IMG/VR virus record: IMGVR_UViG_3300025727_000008
Span: 14,573-78,572 of that record
Reading direction: 5' to 3' (one strand)
DNA length: 64,000 nucleotides
From: a virus
Shown: in pieces, positions 20,239 to 29,502 of the stretch
Layout of the letters: each line of letters starts with the position of its first letter
Numbering within the stretch: the stretch's first letter is position 1
Position numbers and translations under genes: made by a program
Notes under the pieces: model-generated
The model's database searches: none
What the model saw: only the letters and a program-made list of their open reading frames with translations
What the model was told of the DNA's origin: nothing

Positions 20239-22500
20239 TTAACCTCTTATATTATGTTCTTCTGCTAACCAAGTAATTGGTTGAAACTTACGGTTTCCAC
20301 TTAAAACAACATCTTCATTTATTACATATTTTATAGATTCTTGTATTTCATTAAGAAGTGATTTTCTTACATGTTCGTATCTATCTAATAATAAATCACG
20401 CATGTCTTTAATAAGAGTTTGTTTATTTTCATCATCATCTATTTTTTCATTTTTATTTTTATCTAAAATATCCCAAGCACGACGTATTTCATTGTTACCA
20501 TTTATATTCCCATCTAAACCCTTACTAAACATTATAAATTTCCCAAAATTTCTACTTACATTATATTCGATTATTTCTGCTTCGGGAGATGTAAGGGTTT
20601 CTTCATCTTCATCCTCAGTATTAAAAACCATTTTTTTGAATTTTTGAAGAGTTATTTTATCTGCATTATTTTGAGTTTCAAAATCTATATGTGTCTTAAC
20701 CATATTGTTAAGTATTGTTTTAAATTTATTTATATCCATCAGACTCTCTATTGCCATCCCAATATCAAAAAATTCTAATCCTGTTAATCTTTCTATTTTA
20801 TTTTCAGTTTCATCATCTACCTTACCTTCAAATAATAACAAACCTTCTCTTTCATTAGAAGTTAAAGTAGCCCCTAAATATGAATCTTCTAGTTTATTTA
20901 ATAATTTTTTAACACCCGTTTTAAATCTCAAATCACTTTCGTTATCTACATGTCTGTCTACCGGAAGTATTGTTGCCATTAAATTCCAAGTATTAGAATT
21001 ATAATTATTATATTTATTTTGTAATTCATCTAATAAGTCGTCGTCTATTTTAGTGTCTGTTTTAAGTTGTTTTGTTTCATGTTTATCAAAATAACTTTTT
21101 AACTTAATAAGCAATTTACTTGTTTTAATTTTACTTTTAACTTCGGTTAACATCTCATTAAGTAATGGTTCTAGTTGTTCTTTATTTTCATGGTTAAAAT
21201 AAATATCAAACATATACTTATAGGTATCATAATCATCAACAAGAAGTCTAAATGACTTATTAGTACCTTGTAACATTTGCTTTTTATCTGACTTTGTTCC
21301 AGTCGTTATAGCCTTTAAAAAATATTCTATTGATACCTTTGTTGATGGTTGTTCAATCTCATTTTTACGTCGCCCAGTAATCCTTGTTAATTCTTCCGTA
21401 CTTTTTTTACCTGCTTTTTTACGCGAACTTTTTTCACTTGAATCAAAATCAATATATTCAGCAAACTTCAAAGTTTGAGCCAACTTAGTTCTTTTAATAG
21501 CATTATAATTATTAGTTGTTCCATTAGAAAATATAAATAATTGTTCTTTAGTCATAAATTTAGGAAACCCTGTAAACGCAAATAAACTTCTTTCTTTATT
21601 TCCATACGCCCTTTCAGTTTTTGATTTGCTAGGTAGTTTTAATTTAGGTGGTGGGGCTAACAGGTTCTTACCCGAAAGAGGTTGAGGATTCGCATTAAAT
21701 CCGAACGTAGACCAATCTATATGTCTAAATTTAGATTCTAATGGTTTACCACCTATAGTATATGTTTCATTTATTTTATCATATAATACAGGTTTAGGTG
21801 TATCAATATCAAGGTCGAGTTTTTCAGCCTTAATCTTAATAGCATCTGCAACTTTACCTTCTATCTCCATAAGTATCATAGTTCCATCTTTAATTTCATA
21901 CCCTAATATTTCAGGATTAGATTTTAATTTCTCTATGATTTTTTTCTTATCAATTTTATTATTATTAATTAATCTACCTAATATCACCTGTCTTTGAGTA
22001 ATTGCATCTTCCGCTAATACTCTTTTTTTGGTAACTAGTTTTTTCTTATCTCTAAAAATATGTTCACTATAAGAAACCTTACCAGTTAAATATTCAATAA
22101 GTTTTTCAATATCATTATTATATAGTTCCATAATAATACTATGATTATGATTACTATGCATATTTTTCAATTCTATAATCCATTTTATTTTTTCACGATA
22201 TTTTGAGAATTCTTTCATAGGTAATTTAACATGTGAAATTGATATTGGTGGTTCTTTAAAATAATCAACTTCAGGTGGGGCTAACAGTTTCTTATGTAGT
22301 ATAGTTAAAATTTCTTGAAATTTAGGTTCAGTCATTTTATCCGAAGGAACAGGGGGTTTACCAGTATGAATATGTTTATCATAAAAATCACTAACTGCAT
22401 TATTCATTTCTGATTTATTATATCCTAATAATGGATATACTAATTTCATTTTAGGCGACATAACTTTCGCTCTATCTTTAAGAATTAATTGCCAACTCAT
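20239..22500 (-). CDS. Large leader-motif protein (MSWQLILK, 753 aa)
   Basis: Long ORF with the shared leader. Confidence 0.7.
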   Translation of the reverse strand: MSWQLILKDRAKVMSPKMKLVYPLLGYNKSEMNNAVSDFYDKHIHTGKPPVPSDKMTEPKFQEILTILHKKLLAPPEVDYFKEPPISISHVKLPMKEFSKYREKIKWIIELKNMHSNHNHSIIMELYNNDIEKLIEYLTGKVSYSEHIFRDKKKLVTKKRVLAEDAITQRQVILGRLINNNKIDKKKIIEKLKSNPEILGYEIKDGTMILMEIEGKVADAIKIKAEKLDLDIDTPKPVLYDKINETYTIGGKPLESKFRHIDWSTFGFNANPQPLSGKNLLAPPPKLKLPSKSKTERAYGNKERSLFAFTGFPKFMTKEQLFIFSNGTTNNYNAIKRTKLAQTLKFAEYIDFDSSEKSSRKKAGKKSTEELTRITGRRKNEIEQPSTKVSIEYFLKAITTGTKSDKKQMLQGTNKSFRLLVDDYDTYKYMFDIYFNHENKEQLEPLLNEMLTEVKSKIKTSKLLIKLKSYFDKHETKQLKTDTKIDDDLLDELQNKYNNYNSNTWNLMATILPVDRHVDNESDLRFKTGVKKLLNKLEDSYLGATLTSNEREGLLLFEGKVDDETENKIERLTGLEFFDIGMAIESLMDINKFKTILNNMVKTHIDFETQNNADKITLQKFKKMVFNTEDEDEETLTSPEAEIIEYNVSRNFGKFIMFSKGLDGNINGNNEIRRAWDILDKNKNEKIDDDENKQTLIKDMRDLLLDRYEHVRKSLLNEIQESIKYVINEDVVLSGNRKFQPITWLAEEHNIRG

Positions 22501-22631
22501 ATTAAATCACTACTTTCTAAAATAATTCTAATATCATTTATGGTTGGATTACCTTTCATTACTTTTATAATTTCATTTAGAGCGTCTGACCTTTTAGCCC
22601 CTATGTTTTTAATGGTATCTTCCCAACTCAT
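22497..22631 (-). CDS. 44-aa leader-motif peptide MSWEDTIKNIGAKRSD... (missing from the ORF track)
   Basis: Hand-translated; ATGA overlaps with neighbours at both ends. Confidence 0.7.
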   Translation of the reverse strand: MSWEDTIKNIGAKRSDALNEIIKVMKGNPTINDIRIILESSDLI

Positions 22632-22987
22632 TTTGCCTTACCCCCCGTACATTTTTCAAAATTATCTATCATTTTTTCTAGTTCTGCTAATCCCCAAGTG
22701 GGAAAGTTACTATCTTTTTGTGGTTTTTTAACTTCATCTATCATATGCAAAATTGTTCCCACTACCACATCACAAGGCTTTTCTAATATGCTCAGAAAAT
22801 AATCTTTCATACCGTTAACATCTTCTTCAAACAACCCCTCTCTAGAATGACCTAATTTTTCAGCGTAATATTCAACTAATTTTTCAATAAACATACTATA
22901 CTCAGTTTTTAATTGAGAACAACACGATTCATACGCATCGAACTTTACATCTAAAATTTGTATTTTTAAAACATCTTGCCAACTCAT
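22628..22987 (-). CDS. Leader-motif protein (MSWQDVLK) with CC...C...C pattern
   Basis: ORF track. Confidence 0.65.
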   Translation of the reverse strand: MSWQDVLKIQILDVKFDAYESCCSQLKTEYSMFIEKLVEYYAEKLGHSREGLFEEDVNGMKDYFLSILEKPCDVVVGTILHMIDEVKKPQKDSNFPTWGLAELEKMIDNFEKCTGGKAK

Positions 22988-22993
22988 TGTAAC

Positions 22994-23329
22994 TTATCCC
23001 TCCAAATTACCATCTAAACTATACAGTATTACATCTGATACTGCTACTTCTAATGATATAATCAGTTCTCTTAATTCTTTATCTAATACCCCTGCGTTTC
23101 TTACCGCCATCCTATAATCATCATCATGCTCCATGTCGTAAGGTTCTCCTTTCTCGTCTATTAAATACGGGTTATTTTTATGATGAGCATATTTTTTAGC
23201 GTTTAATAAGAACTGTTGAAGTTGTCTAATTTCATCAAGAGTCATAGAACCAAAATTAGGGTGAGTTTGCATAAGTTTAACCATAGCATTTACTTCGGGT
23301 TTATTCTTTAAGATATTATTCCAACTCAT
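22994..23329 (-). CDS. Leader-motif protein (MSWNNILK)
   Basis: ORF track. Confidence 0.65.
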   Translation of the reverse strand: MSWNNILKNKPEVNAMVKLMQTHPNFGSMTLDEIRQLQQFLLNAKKYAHHKNNPYLIDEKGEPYDMEHDDDYRMAVRNAGVLDKELRELIISLEVAVSDVILYSLDGNLEG

Positions 23330-23736
23330 TGCATCAACTCTATCATTAATCCTTTTTCATCAATTTCTGTAACTTTCAGTTCTGAATTATTCTTCAGTTT
23401 ATCTGCAACCTTATACAAATGAGGATTCGTTATTCGACCATAGGCTAACCAAAATGGCCTATATTCTCCTAATACCCCATTAGTGTCCATTAATGCCCCA
23501 ACTACCATTTTTTCTGCAAACCCTTTTCTTTGGTAATCAGGATGAATAGAAATATGTAATTCTCTTATCTTTCCATCATTAAATGGCTTCATGTTTTCAA
23601 GGCTACTATAATCTTTAGGCCGGTAATGCAAAATTAGTTTATCTCCGTATTCCTCAAACAAAACATTGTGAAACCAACCATCATCATCTACTGAAATAGG
23701 ACTAATTTCCGCTTTTAATAACTGTTGCCAACTCAT
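23326..23736 (-). CDS. Leader-motif GNAT-fold acetyltransferase (MSWQQLLK)
   Basis: LHISIHPDYQRKGFAEKMV matches GNAT motif A (Q/RxxGxA). Confidence 0.7.
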   Translation of the reverse strand: MSWQQLLKAEISPISVDDDGWFHNVLFEEYGDKLILHYRPKDYSSLENMKPFNDGKIRELHISIHPDYQRKGFAEKMVVGALMDTNGVLGEYRPFWLAYGRITNPHLYKVADKLKNNSELKVTEIDEKGLMIELMQ

Positions 23737-24392
23737 TGTAACTTCTCCATTTTACTTCTAACATCTAACCAAACTTCAGGATGGTTTTGTGCTAACACCT
23801 CTTTGATAATTTGCATCTGATGAACAATAATTGTATCTTGCCTCTTATGTACTAACTTACCTTTGAACTCCATCAAGTATCTCAAACTCTCACGGACTTC
23901 TTTAGCCAACTTAGTTAGTGAATCAATATGTTTAGCATCCAAATCATCGGAATCAAAAAGCATATCTAACTTAATATCTAATCTAGAAATATTTGCACTC
24001 AAGGTATCAACCTCATTTATTTCTTGCATAGCAATCATATTTGCAGCAGACTGTTGAACTAAAGGTTGCACATGATTTTTAATATGTCTAACTACTTGGT
24101 CAGCAGTACAATTTAACATTAAACCAACTTCTTCAGGAGTTATATTTGCACCATGTAATTGCAATTCAATCTCACTTCTATGTTCACTAATACAAATGTT
24201 ACATCTAGGATTAGAAGAATTAACATATCCTTCCATGTGATTTCTTTGATGTCTTGAAGCAGTTCCACTAGACCAATCCATTTGGACATCCAAATCATCA
24301 GCAGTAATTATCATATTATCTAATTCATCTTCTAGAGTTTGCCTATTATCTAAATTACAAAATACACAACGTTTTCTGGTTATCATTTCCAT
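23733..24392 (-). CDS. Putative terminase small subunit (tandem CxxC..HTH..RH..NH repeats plus coiled coil)
   Basis: Two repeats CVFC...RHQRNH and CNIC...RHIKNH, then an oligomerisation-like helix; upstream of terL. Confidence 0.55.
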   Translation of the reverse strand: MEMITRKRCVFCNLDNRQTLEDELDNMIITADDLDVQMDWSSGTASRHQRNHMEGYVNSSNPRCNICISEHRSEIELQLHGANITPEEVGLMLNCTADQVVRHIKNHVQPLVQQSAANMIAMQEINEVDTLSANISRLDIKLDMLFDSDDLDAKHIDSLTKLAKEVRESLRYLMEFKGKLVHKRQDTIIVHQMQIIKEVLAQNHPEVWLDVRSKMEKLQ

Positions 24393-24751
24393 AATTCCTC
24401 TTCAGGGTAAAGTTCCATAGCCTCTTCTATATCTTCTCTAAAGTTTTCAGCGACTTCTAACCAATCAACATCTGATATTGAATCTCCTACTTCATCTCTA
24501 TCATTAACGGGAGATAATAATTCATCCATGAAACCTTTACTTTGAGTCATCATTTCAGGTAACTCTTTTGCTATTGTATTTAATATATCATCTATAACAT
24601 CTTGTTTAGTCCAGTTGAATTCAAGATAACCTTTTACCTTTAATTTAATTAACTGTACTATAGGAAAATAAAGTTCTTCAGTATTCATAACCCATAAATC
24701 TGCACTTCTAGTAGCAGTTGCGGTATCTTTCAATATCTTTTTCCAACTCAT
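24383..24751 (-). CDS. Leader-motif protein (start re-assigned to MSWKKILK at 24751)
   Basis: ATGAGTTGG at 24751 with upstream GGAG. Confidence 0.65.
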   Translation of the reverse strand: MSWKKILKDTATATRSADLWVMNTEELYFPIVQLIKLKVKGYLEFNWTKQDVIDDILNTIAKELPEMMTQSKGFMDELLSPVNDRDEVGDSISDVDWLEVAENFREDIEEAMELYPEEELWK

Positions 24752-24823
24752 CTTAATACTCTCCACAATAAGGACACATAATCCCTGAATAATTATCACT
24801 GTTAATATTTATTTTACAACACT

Positions 24824-25990
24824 TTAACATATTAATTCCCTCTTTAAAATATCTCGCCAATCATTAACTTCTACATCATTAGTTTTTTTAGTTTGAGATT
24901 TAACTTCCGGTTTATCAAATCTAATAGTAACAGTATTATGTTTCCTACCTGTTTTTGGTTCAGTAAACTTTCTATTATTTTCCTTCAATAATATTTTTGC
25001 CATCTGATTTGCTACCCCTCTAGTTAATTTAAAATATCCTCGTTTAAGTGTGAAAAATTCAGGTATTCCTAAATTATTCCTAACTCTATTTTGAAAATCT
25101 TTTCTTGTTGGCAATAAATGACTTTTACTCTCTATTTCTCGCATAACCTCGCCATATCGAAATGCACCATTTCTACCTGCCATATCAGGTTCAATATATT
25201 TACGAACTATTCTCTTAATACTATTAATTTCTAATGCTTTTTCAGCCCAACCTGTTTGTCCTTTTTTTCCTAATTTAATAGGATTATCTTTACTTATACC
25301 TACACCGTCTTTTAAGGCTTCAATACCTTCTTCTATGATTTCATGTAAACTTTTAGAACTTGTAATTTTAACCTCACCTTCTCTACCATACATAACTTGC
25401 CAAAAAGGTGGTTCGGCTACACCTTTAGAATAGTCATACCAAGATTCAGGACATGCCGGTGCAGGGTTTAAATCCCTTTTAGGGAATTTTTTCATTTTAA
25501 TTTTTCTTTTATTTTCATAATTTTTAGTACGATAGTGTCCATATACTTCTTCTTCATCTACAACTTTACCACTATCTTCATCTACTTCTTTATCGGTAAA
25601 AGAAATATTTCTAGGATTTAAAGGGTTTTGAGGGCTACTATAAGAATCCATTAAAAGTCTAACTTTATTTAATTTTATTATATCATCTATACCAATATCT
25701 TCTCCATCAACAATATTAGTAATAATTCCTATAATTTCAGAACCACCTTTACCACTAGTATAAGGTGAAGGGGATTTATCACCTTGTAATCTACCAATTA
25801 ATCCTTGTTGTTTAAACATCTGATAAAGACTAATATCATTTTCCATAAATAATGTTTCACCACTTATTTCTGATAACTGTTGTTGCCAATTATCAAACGA
25901 TTTTCCAAACATTTGGACATTAGCACCAGTTAATTTAACATCATTTTTTAAGATTATATTTGACGTTCTTTCTAGGTTTCTTTTTGCCAC
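24824..25990 (-). CDS. Hypothetical protein with C-terminal motif copy (DWRDILK)
   Basis: 388-aa ORF. Confidence 0.7.
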   Translation of the reverse strand: MAKRNLERTSNIILKNDVKLTGANVQMFGKSFDNWQQQLSEISGETLFMENDISLYQMFKQQGLIGRLQGDKSPSPYTSGKGGSEIIGIITNIVDGEDIGIDDIIKLNKVRLLMDSYSSPQNPLNPRNISFTDKEVDEDSGKVVDEEEVYGHYRTKNYENKRKIKMKKFPKRDLNPAPACPESWYDYSKGVAEPPFWQVMYGREGEVKITSSKSLHEIIEEGIEALKDGVGISKDNPIKLGKKGQTGWAEKALEINSIKRIVRKYIEPDMAGRNGAFRYGEVMREIESKSHLLPTRKDFQNRVRNNLGIPEFFTLKRGYFKLTRGVANQMAKILLKENNRKFTEPKTGRKHNTVTIRFDKPEVKSQTKKTNDVEVNDWRDILKRELIC

Positions 25991-26108
25991 GTTTTTTACC
26001 CCCTATTGATTTATTATTAAATAAAGATGAAGTTCCACTATTACTAGTAGTAACTGCCCCTGCCATTCTTAGTATTGTAAACCATTTAGTGTTAAGAGAA
26101 GATGCCAC
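25941..26108 (-). CDS. 55-aa basic peptide MASSLNTKWFTILRMAGAVTTS...KKRGKKKPRK (missing from the track)
   Basis: Hand-translated from GTG; carries WFTILR motif then a basic tail. Confidence 0.55.
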   Translation of the reverse strand: MASSLNTKWFTILRMAGAVTTSNSGTSSLFNNKSIGGKKRGKKKPRKNVKYNLKK

Positions 26109-26251
26109 TTATCTAAGCGCAATACTACTTGGACTATAACTATTCTTCTTCTCCTTCTATTGCTCTAATAATAGCATACCAGTATTCTTCTTCTTGAGTT
26201 AGAATTTTATTATTCTTATCTTTTTTCATTTTTATTAAACCAATTTCTATT

Positions 26252-26551
26252 TCACTCCAATCCTTTAAACGAATCTCTTTCTGAAATACCAGCATCATCC
26301 ATTATATCTTGCAATCTAGCAACAAGATACTCATTTGTGAACACCTGCCAATTACCTTCTTCGGTTTGCATTGCTTCTAATCCACTTTCTAACCAAGTCA
26401 ACCATCGGTGAGCATCATGTTCTAACTGTCCTTTCAACTTAGGCAAATACTCTAATCTAAACCTTCTAAGAAAATCCTTTACTTGCGCTACAGTCAATTC
26501 ATTAGGATTGTAATGGGGTTTTTCCTTTCTAATTATATTAAACCAATTCAT
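26252..26551 (-). CDS. Leader-motif protein (MNWFNIIRK)
   Basis: ORF track. Confidence 0.65.
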   Translation of the reverse strand: MNWFNIIRKEKPHYNPNELTVAQVKDFLRRFRLEYLPKLKGQLEHDAHRWLTWLESGLEAMQTEEGNWQVFTNEYLVARLQDIMDDAGISERDSFKGLE

Positions 26552-26766
26552 TTTAATTGCCTTCTTAACATTGGTTTTTTAAATGTATTATATAATTCCC
26601 ATAATGGTTCACTTGAATTAAGCCTAGTTATTTCATCATTCAGTTTTTTCATTCTATAAAGTGCTTGTGCGTCAGATTTAAAATCTTTAACTTTATCTCC
26701 TACTTCTGTGTACCATTCAGTATTACCCGATATGTGTCCTTTCTTAATTTGTTTTTTCCAATCCAT
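26548..26766 (-). CDS. Leader-motif protein (start re-assigned to MDWKKQIKK)
   Basis: ATG at 26766 follows the previous stop; ATGA coupling downstream. Confidence 0.6.
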   Translation of the reverse strand: MDWKKQIKKGHISGNTEWYTEVGDKVKDFKSDAQALYRMKKLNDEITRLNSSEPLWELYNTFKKPMLRRQLK

Positions 26767-26770
26767 AATA

Positions 26771-27253
26771 TCATTTCCCCCTTGCCATAACTTCAGCACA
26801 CCTTCTACAATAGTGTAACTCTTTAGGTGAACCCTTTGAATGTATTTTACCATCTCTTATATATTTTTTAGTGCCTAGAGATACCGGTTTTTTGCATCGA
26901 ACACAGCGAAATTTACTAAGATTAGAATTTGGTTTTTTCTTTTCTTTTCCTTCAGGTCGCCCACTTGCATTAAATCCTTTAATACCATATTGCACTTCAC
27001 CTTCTTGTGCCATTGATGTTCCTAACCTAGTTTTTCTCTCTTCGATTAATTTTTTACCTTCAACATTCCTGTTTAGTGGTAAATCTGTTCCTCTTCCCAT
27101 TGTTCTACTAGTGCCTTTGGGTGCATGACCTTCCTCTTCAATAGATTTTACTCTTTCGTTAGGTTTTAATCGTTCACCACCCATTATATCAACAGGTTTC
27201 CTGTTCCTATTCTTTCTAGGCCGATTTCTTTTAATTAAATCAAACCAAGTCAT
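26771..27253 (-). CDS. Basic leader-motif protein (MTWFDLIKR) with C-terminal Zn finger
   Basis: CVRC...CRRC. Confidence 0.65.
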   Translation of the reverse strand: MTWFDLIKRNRPRKNRNRKPVDIMGGERLKPNERVKSIEEEGHAPKGTSRTMGRGTDLPLNRNVEGKKLIEERKTRLGTSMAQEGEVQYGIKGFNASGRPEGKEKKKPNSNLSKFRCVRCKKPVSLGTKKYIRDGKIHSKGSPKELHYCRRCAEVMARGK

Positions 27254-27516
27254 TTTTTCCCACCTTCTAATATATTCCTACTAACTTGGCAACACAATCT
27301 AATCTTTTGTGTACTTTCTAAAAACCAAAAAGAATCCTTATCCCAATCAAATTTATTCTCAACATGATTACAAAGTTCTCTTCTTCCCATGTTTTGCAAA
27401 TCACCATCTATACTAACATCAAGAATATCACCTTTCGGATGCACTAACTTCTTATCTAACCAAACATAGGTACTACCCATGAATGCAATCAATTTTCTAA
27501 TTATCCATTGCTTCAT
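27250..27516 (-). CDS. Hypothetical protein
   Basis: ORF track; ATGA coupling. Confidence 0.6.
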   Translation of the reverse strand: MKQWIIRKLIAFMGSTYVWLDKKLVHPKGDILDVSIDGDLQNMGRRELCNHVENKFDWDKDSFWFLESTQKIRLCCQVSRNILEGGKK

Positions 27517-28214
27517 ACTAAATCACCTACTACAATATCATGAATATTATTTGAACTATCTAAATATTGCAATATTAGTTTTACTTTTTCTTCATGCTTG
27601 ATAACATCGTCATAAAAAATATCTATAGATGAAGGAAACAAATATACATTCTCATGCTTTAATTGCCATACTTTATTACTGTAACTACCAGTTTCATCCC
27701 ACGTTGTTATATTTTCATCGTAAATAGTCAATGGTCTAATTACCAGTAAGTTATCCATGTGATTTAGTAGTTCATTTAAAGGCTGGTGGAAAATGGAAGT
27801 TCTGTTGTTTTCGGAGAGCCATCCATCATCTTCTTCTTGCATTGCGTTATACTCTTCCCACATTCTTTCATTCTCTAATTCATTTTCTGTTTTTTCCGGT
27901 TCAATCATATGGAGTTTATTATATCTTTTCGTTATATTATTTTTAGCAATATTAACTATCTTTTTGAATTTTTCATTCAACACATTATGCCCATTAAGAG
28001 TTAGACCACGATTACGCTTAATCCAATTAATAGTTTCTTCCTTAGTTTTCTGAGTTTCAATTGGTTGGCTCTTAGTCCAAGCAGACGGTTGTTCATGATA
28101 TTTTTTCGGAGTAACATTTCCACCTGACTTATTAGGACTTGACTTATTTCTATTCTTCTTTTGAGCATTACTAGGCCACTTCTTTTTTCTTTTTAGAATA
28201 TCAAACCAAGTCAT
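27513..28214 (-). CDS. Leader-motif protein (MTWFDILKR) with basic N-terminal region
   Basis: ORF track. Confidence 0.65.
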   Translation of the reverse strand: MTWFDILKRKKKWPSNAQKKNRNKSSPNKSGGNVTPKKYHEQPSAWTKSQPIETQKTKEETINWIKRNRGLTLNGHNVLNEKFKKIVNIAKNNITKRYNKLHMIEPEKTENELENERMWEEYNAMQEEDDGWLSENNRTSIFHQPLNELLNHMDNLLVIRPLTIYDENITTWDETGSYSNKVWQLKHENVYLFPSSIDIFYDDVIKHEEKVKLILQYLDSSNNIHDIVVGDLV

Positions 28215-28218
28215 TTTT

Positions 28219-28647
28219 TCACCCTTTATTTTCTATGCCTAATTTAACATTTGGTGTTCCAAACAAACCATCAATAATTCGCCTGTATGGTTTACTAATA
28301 TAACTATTGTATGCAACAAAATCTATTAATTCTTGAACGGAACTAAATTCTGTCTTAGTTAAATATTGTTCTATTTCTTCAGAATCCCACATAAAATGCC
28401 CCCCATTAGAAAACGAATTACCATCCAGTCTTTTGGGAGAACCACGCTCATCATATTTTTTATATTGTAATCCTAATCTAGATGCTGTGTTTTTAATTTC
28501 TTCTTCAATTTCATTAGACCAAGAAATAGGAATATAACCAATTGCCTTTTGTTGATTTGAATTAAACATATTTTCTAATTCTCTTAATTTATTTAGATTG
28601 TGTTCTTTATCGAACCTTTCATTCTTTAAAACACTAAACCAATCCAT
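28219..28647 (-). CDS. Leader-motif protein (MDWFSVLK)
   Basis: ORF track; GGTGA SD. Confidence 0.65.
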   Translation of the reverse strand: MDWFSVLKNERFDKEHNLNKLRELENMFNSNQQKAIGYIPISWSNEIEEEIKNTASRLGLQYKKYDERGSPKRLDGNSFSNGGHFMWDSEEIEQYLTKTEFSSVQELIDFVAYNSYISKPYRRIIDGLFGTPNVKLGIENKG

Positions 28648-28789
28648 TTTATCACCAAAGTTGTGGGTACTGAAATGTTTTACCTAATGAAAACTGAAAA
28701 ATGTGGTGGAATTTATTTAGCACTAGCGCGATTTTTTTTGTTGGGTAGTAACCATAAACAGTATAAGGATAATAGTAATGTGCCATTTA

Positions 28790-28999
28790 TTATTCCTCGA
28801 TAAACTTTAGTGTTGTTTGTTTTGAATTAGGTTTCTGTTCATCAGCACTAATAACTTTAGTTGGTTTAGGTTTACCTTTAAACCATTTACTCGCAGGTTT
28901 AGATGATACAGTTGCACCGTCAATTAATTCTTCAGGTAGTTTTGTTTGTGTTGTATTCTTTTTATTTTTACTATCTTTGATAATATTAAACCAGTTCAC
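28790..28999 (-). CDS. Leader-motif peptide (MNWFNIIK, GTG start)
   Basis: GGTGATG SD; first gene of the minus arm. Confidence 0.6.
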   Translation of the reverse strand: MNWFNIIKDSKNKKNTTQTKLPEELIDGATVSSKPASKWFKGKPKPTKVISADEQKPNSKQTTLKFIEE

Positions 29000-29256
29000 A
29001 ACATCACCAATAGATTAACCCGATACACTATCCTTAATTAAATTAGTTATTAATAATAATAAAATAAAAAAAAAATTAAAACGCAAAGCATATGGTTGGA
29101 TAAATATATTGTTGTCCAACCATATGGTAGCATTCATTGTTAAATGTGCTACCATACGGGGTTTCGGGGGGAATACTAATGTTTGACGAAGAAGATTGAT
29201 TAACAAGTTAAGTCTATCATACGGGAGTATTCCCCCCAACCATATGGTAATGCACT

Positions 29257-29502
29257 TTGTACTTATTACCTTATATGTATGGTAATTATACCATTATTAT
29301 GGTAAACTTTACACGAGCGGACTTTCAATTACTTGCAGTGTTAGCAATTGATATGAAATTAACAGAAGAACAAAAGAACATATATGTTGCTAATCTAAAA
29401 CGCACTAATATTAACTTCAATGAAGATAAATTCAGAAAGGCTATGATGATTGAATATAACAATCGTCATATTGCCGGCGAATTTGCAATAGGTGGGATTT
29501 AA
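29257..29502 (+). CDS. Small hypothetical protein (likely start MVNFTRAD at 29299)
   Basis: ORF track; follows a palindrome copy. Confidence 0.5.
   Translation: MYLLPYMYGNYTIIMVNFTRADFQLLAVLAIDMKLTEEQKNIYVANLKRTNINFNEDKFRKAMMIEYNNRHIAGEFAIGGI

Noticed and set aside
21651-22294. 20-nt near-identical repeat (KNLLAPP / KKLLAPP) inside the 753-aa gene as a DGR template/variable pair
   Set aside because: Too short, a single mismatch, and no reverse transcriptase in the window
237-28053. Plus-strand ORFs in the left arm and minus-strand ORFs in the right arm (e.g. 10469-10891, 47219-47770, 53125-53661)
   Set aside because: Antisense shadows of K/E-rich genes with F/S/I/L-rich translations and no SD
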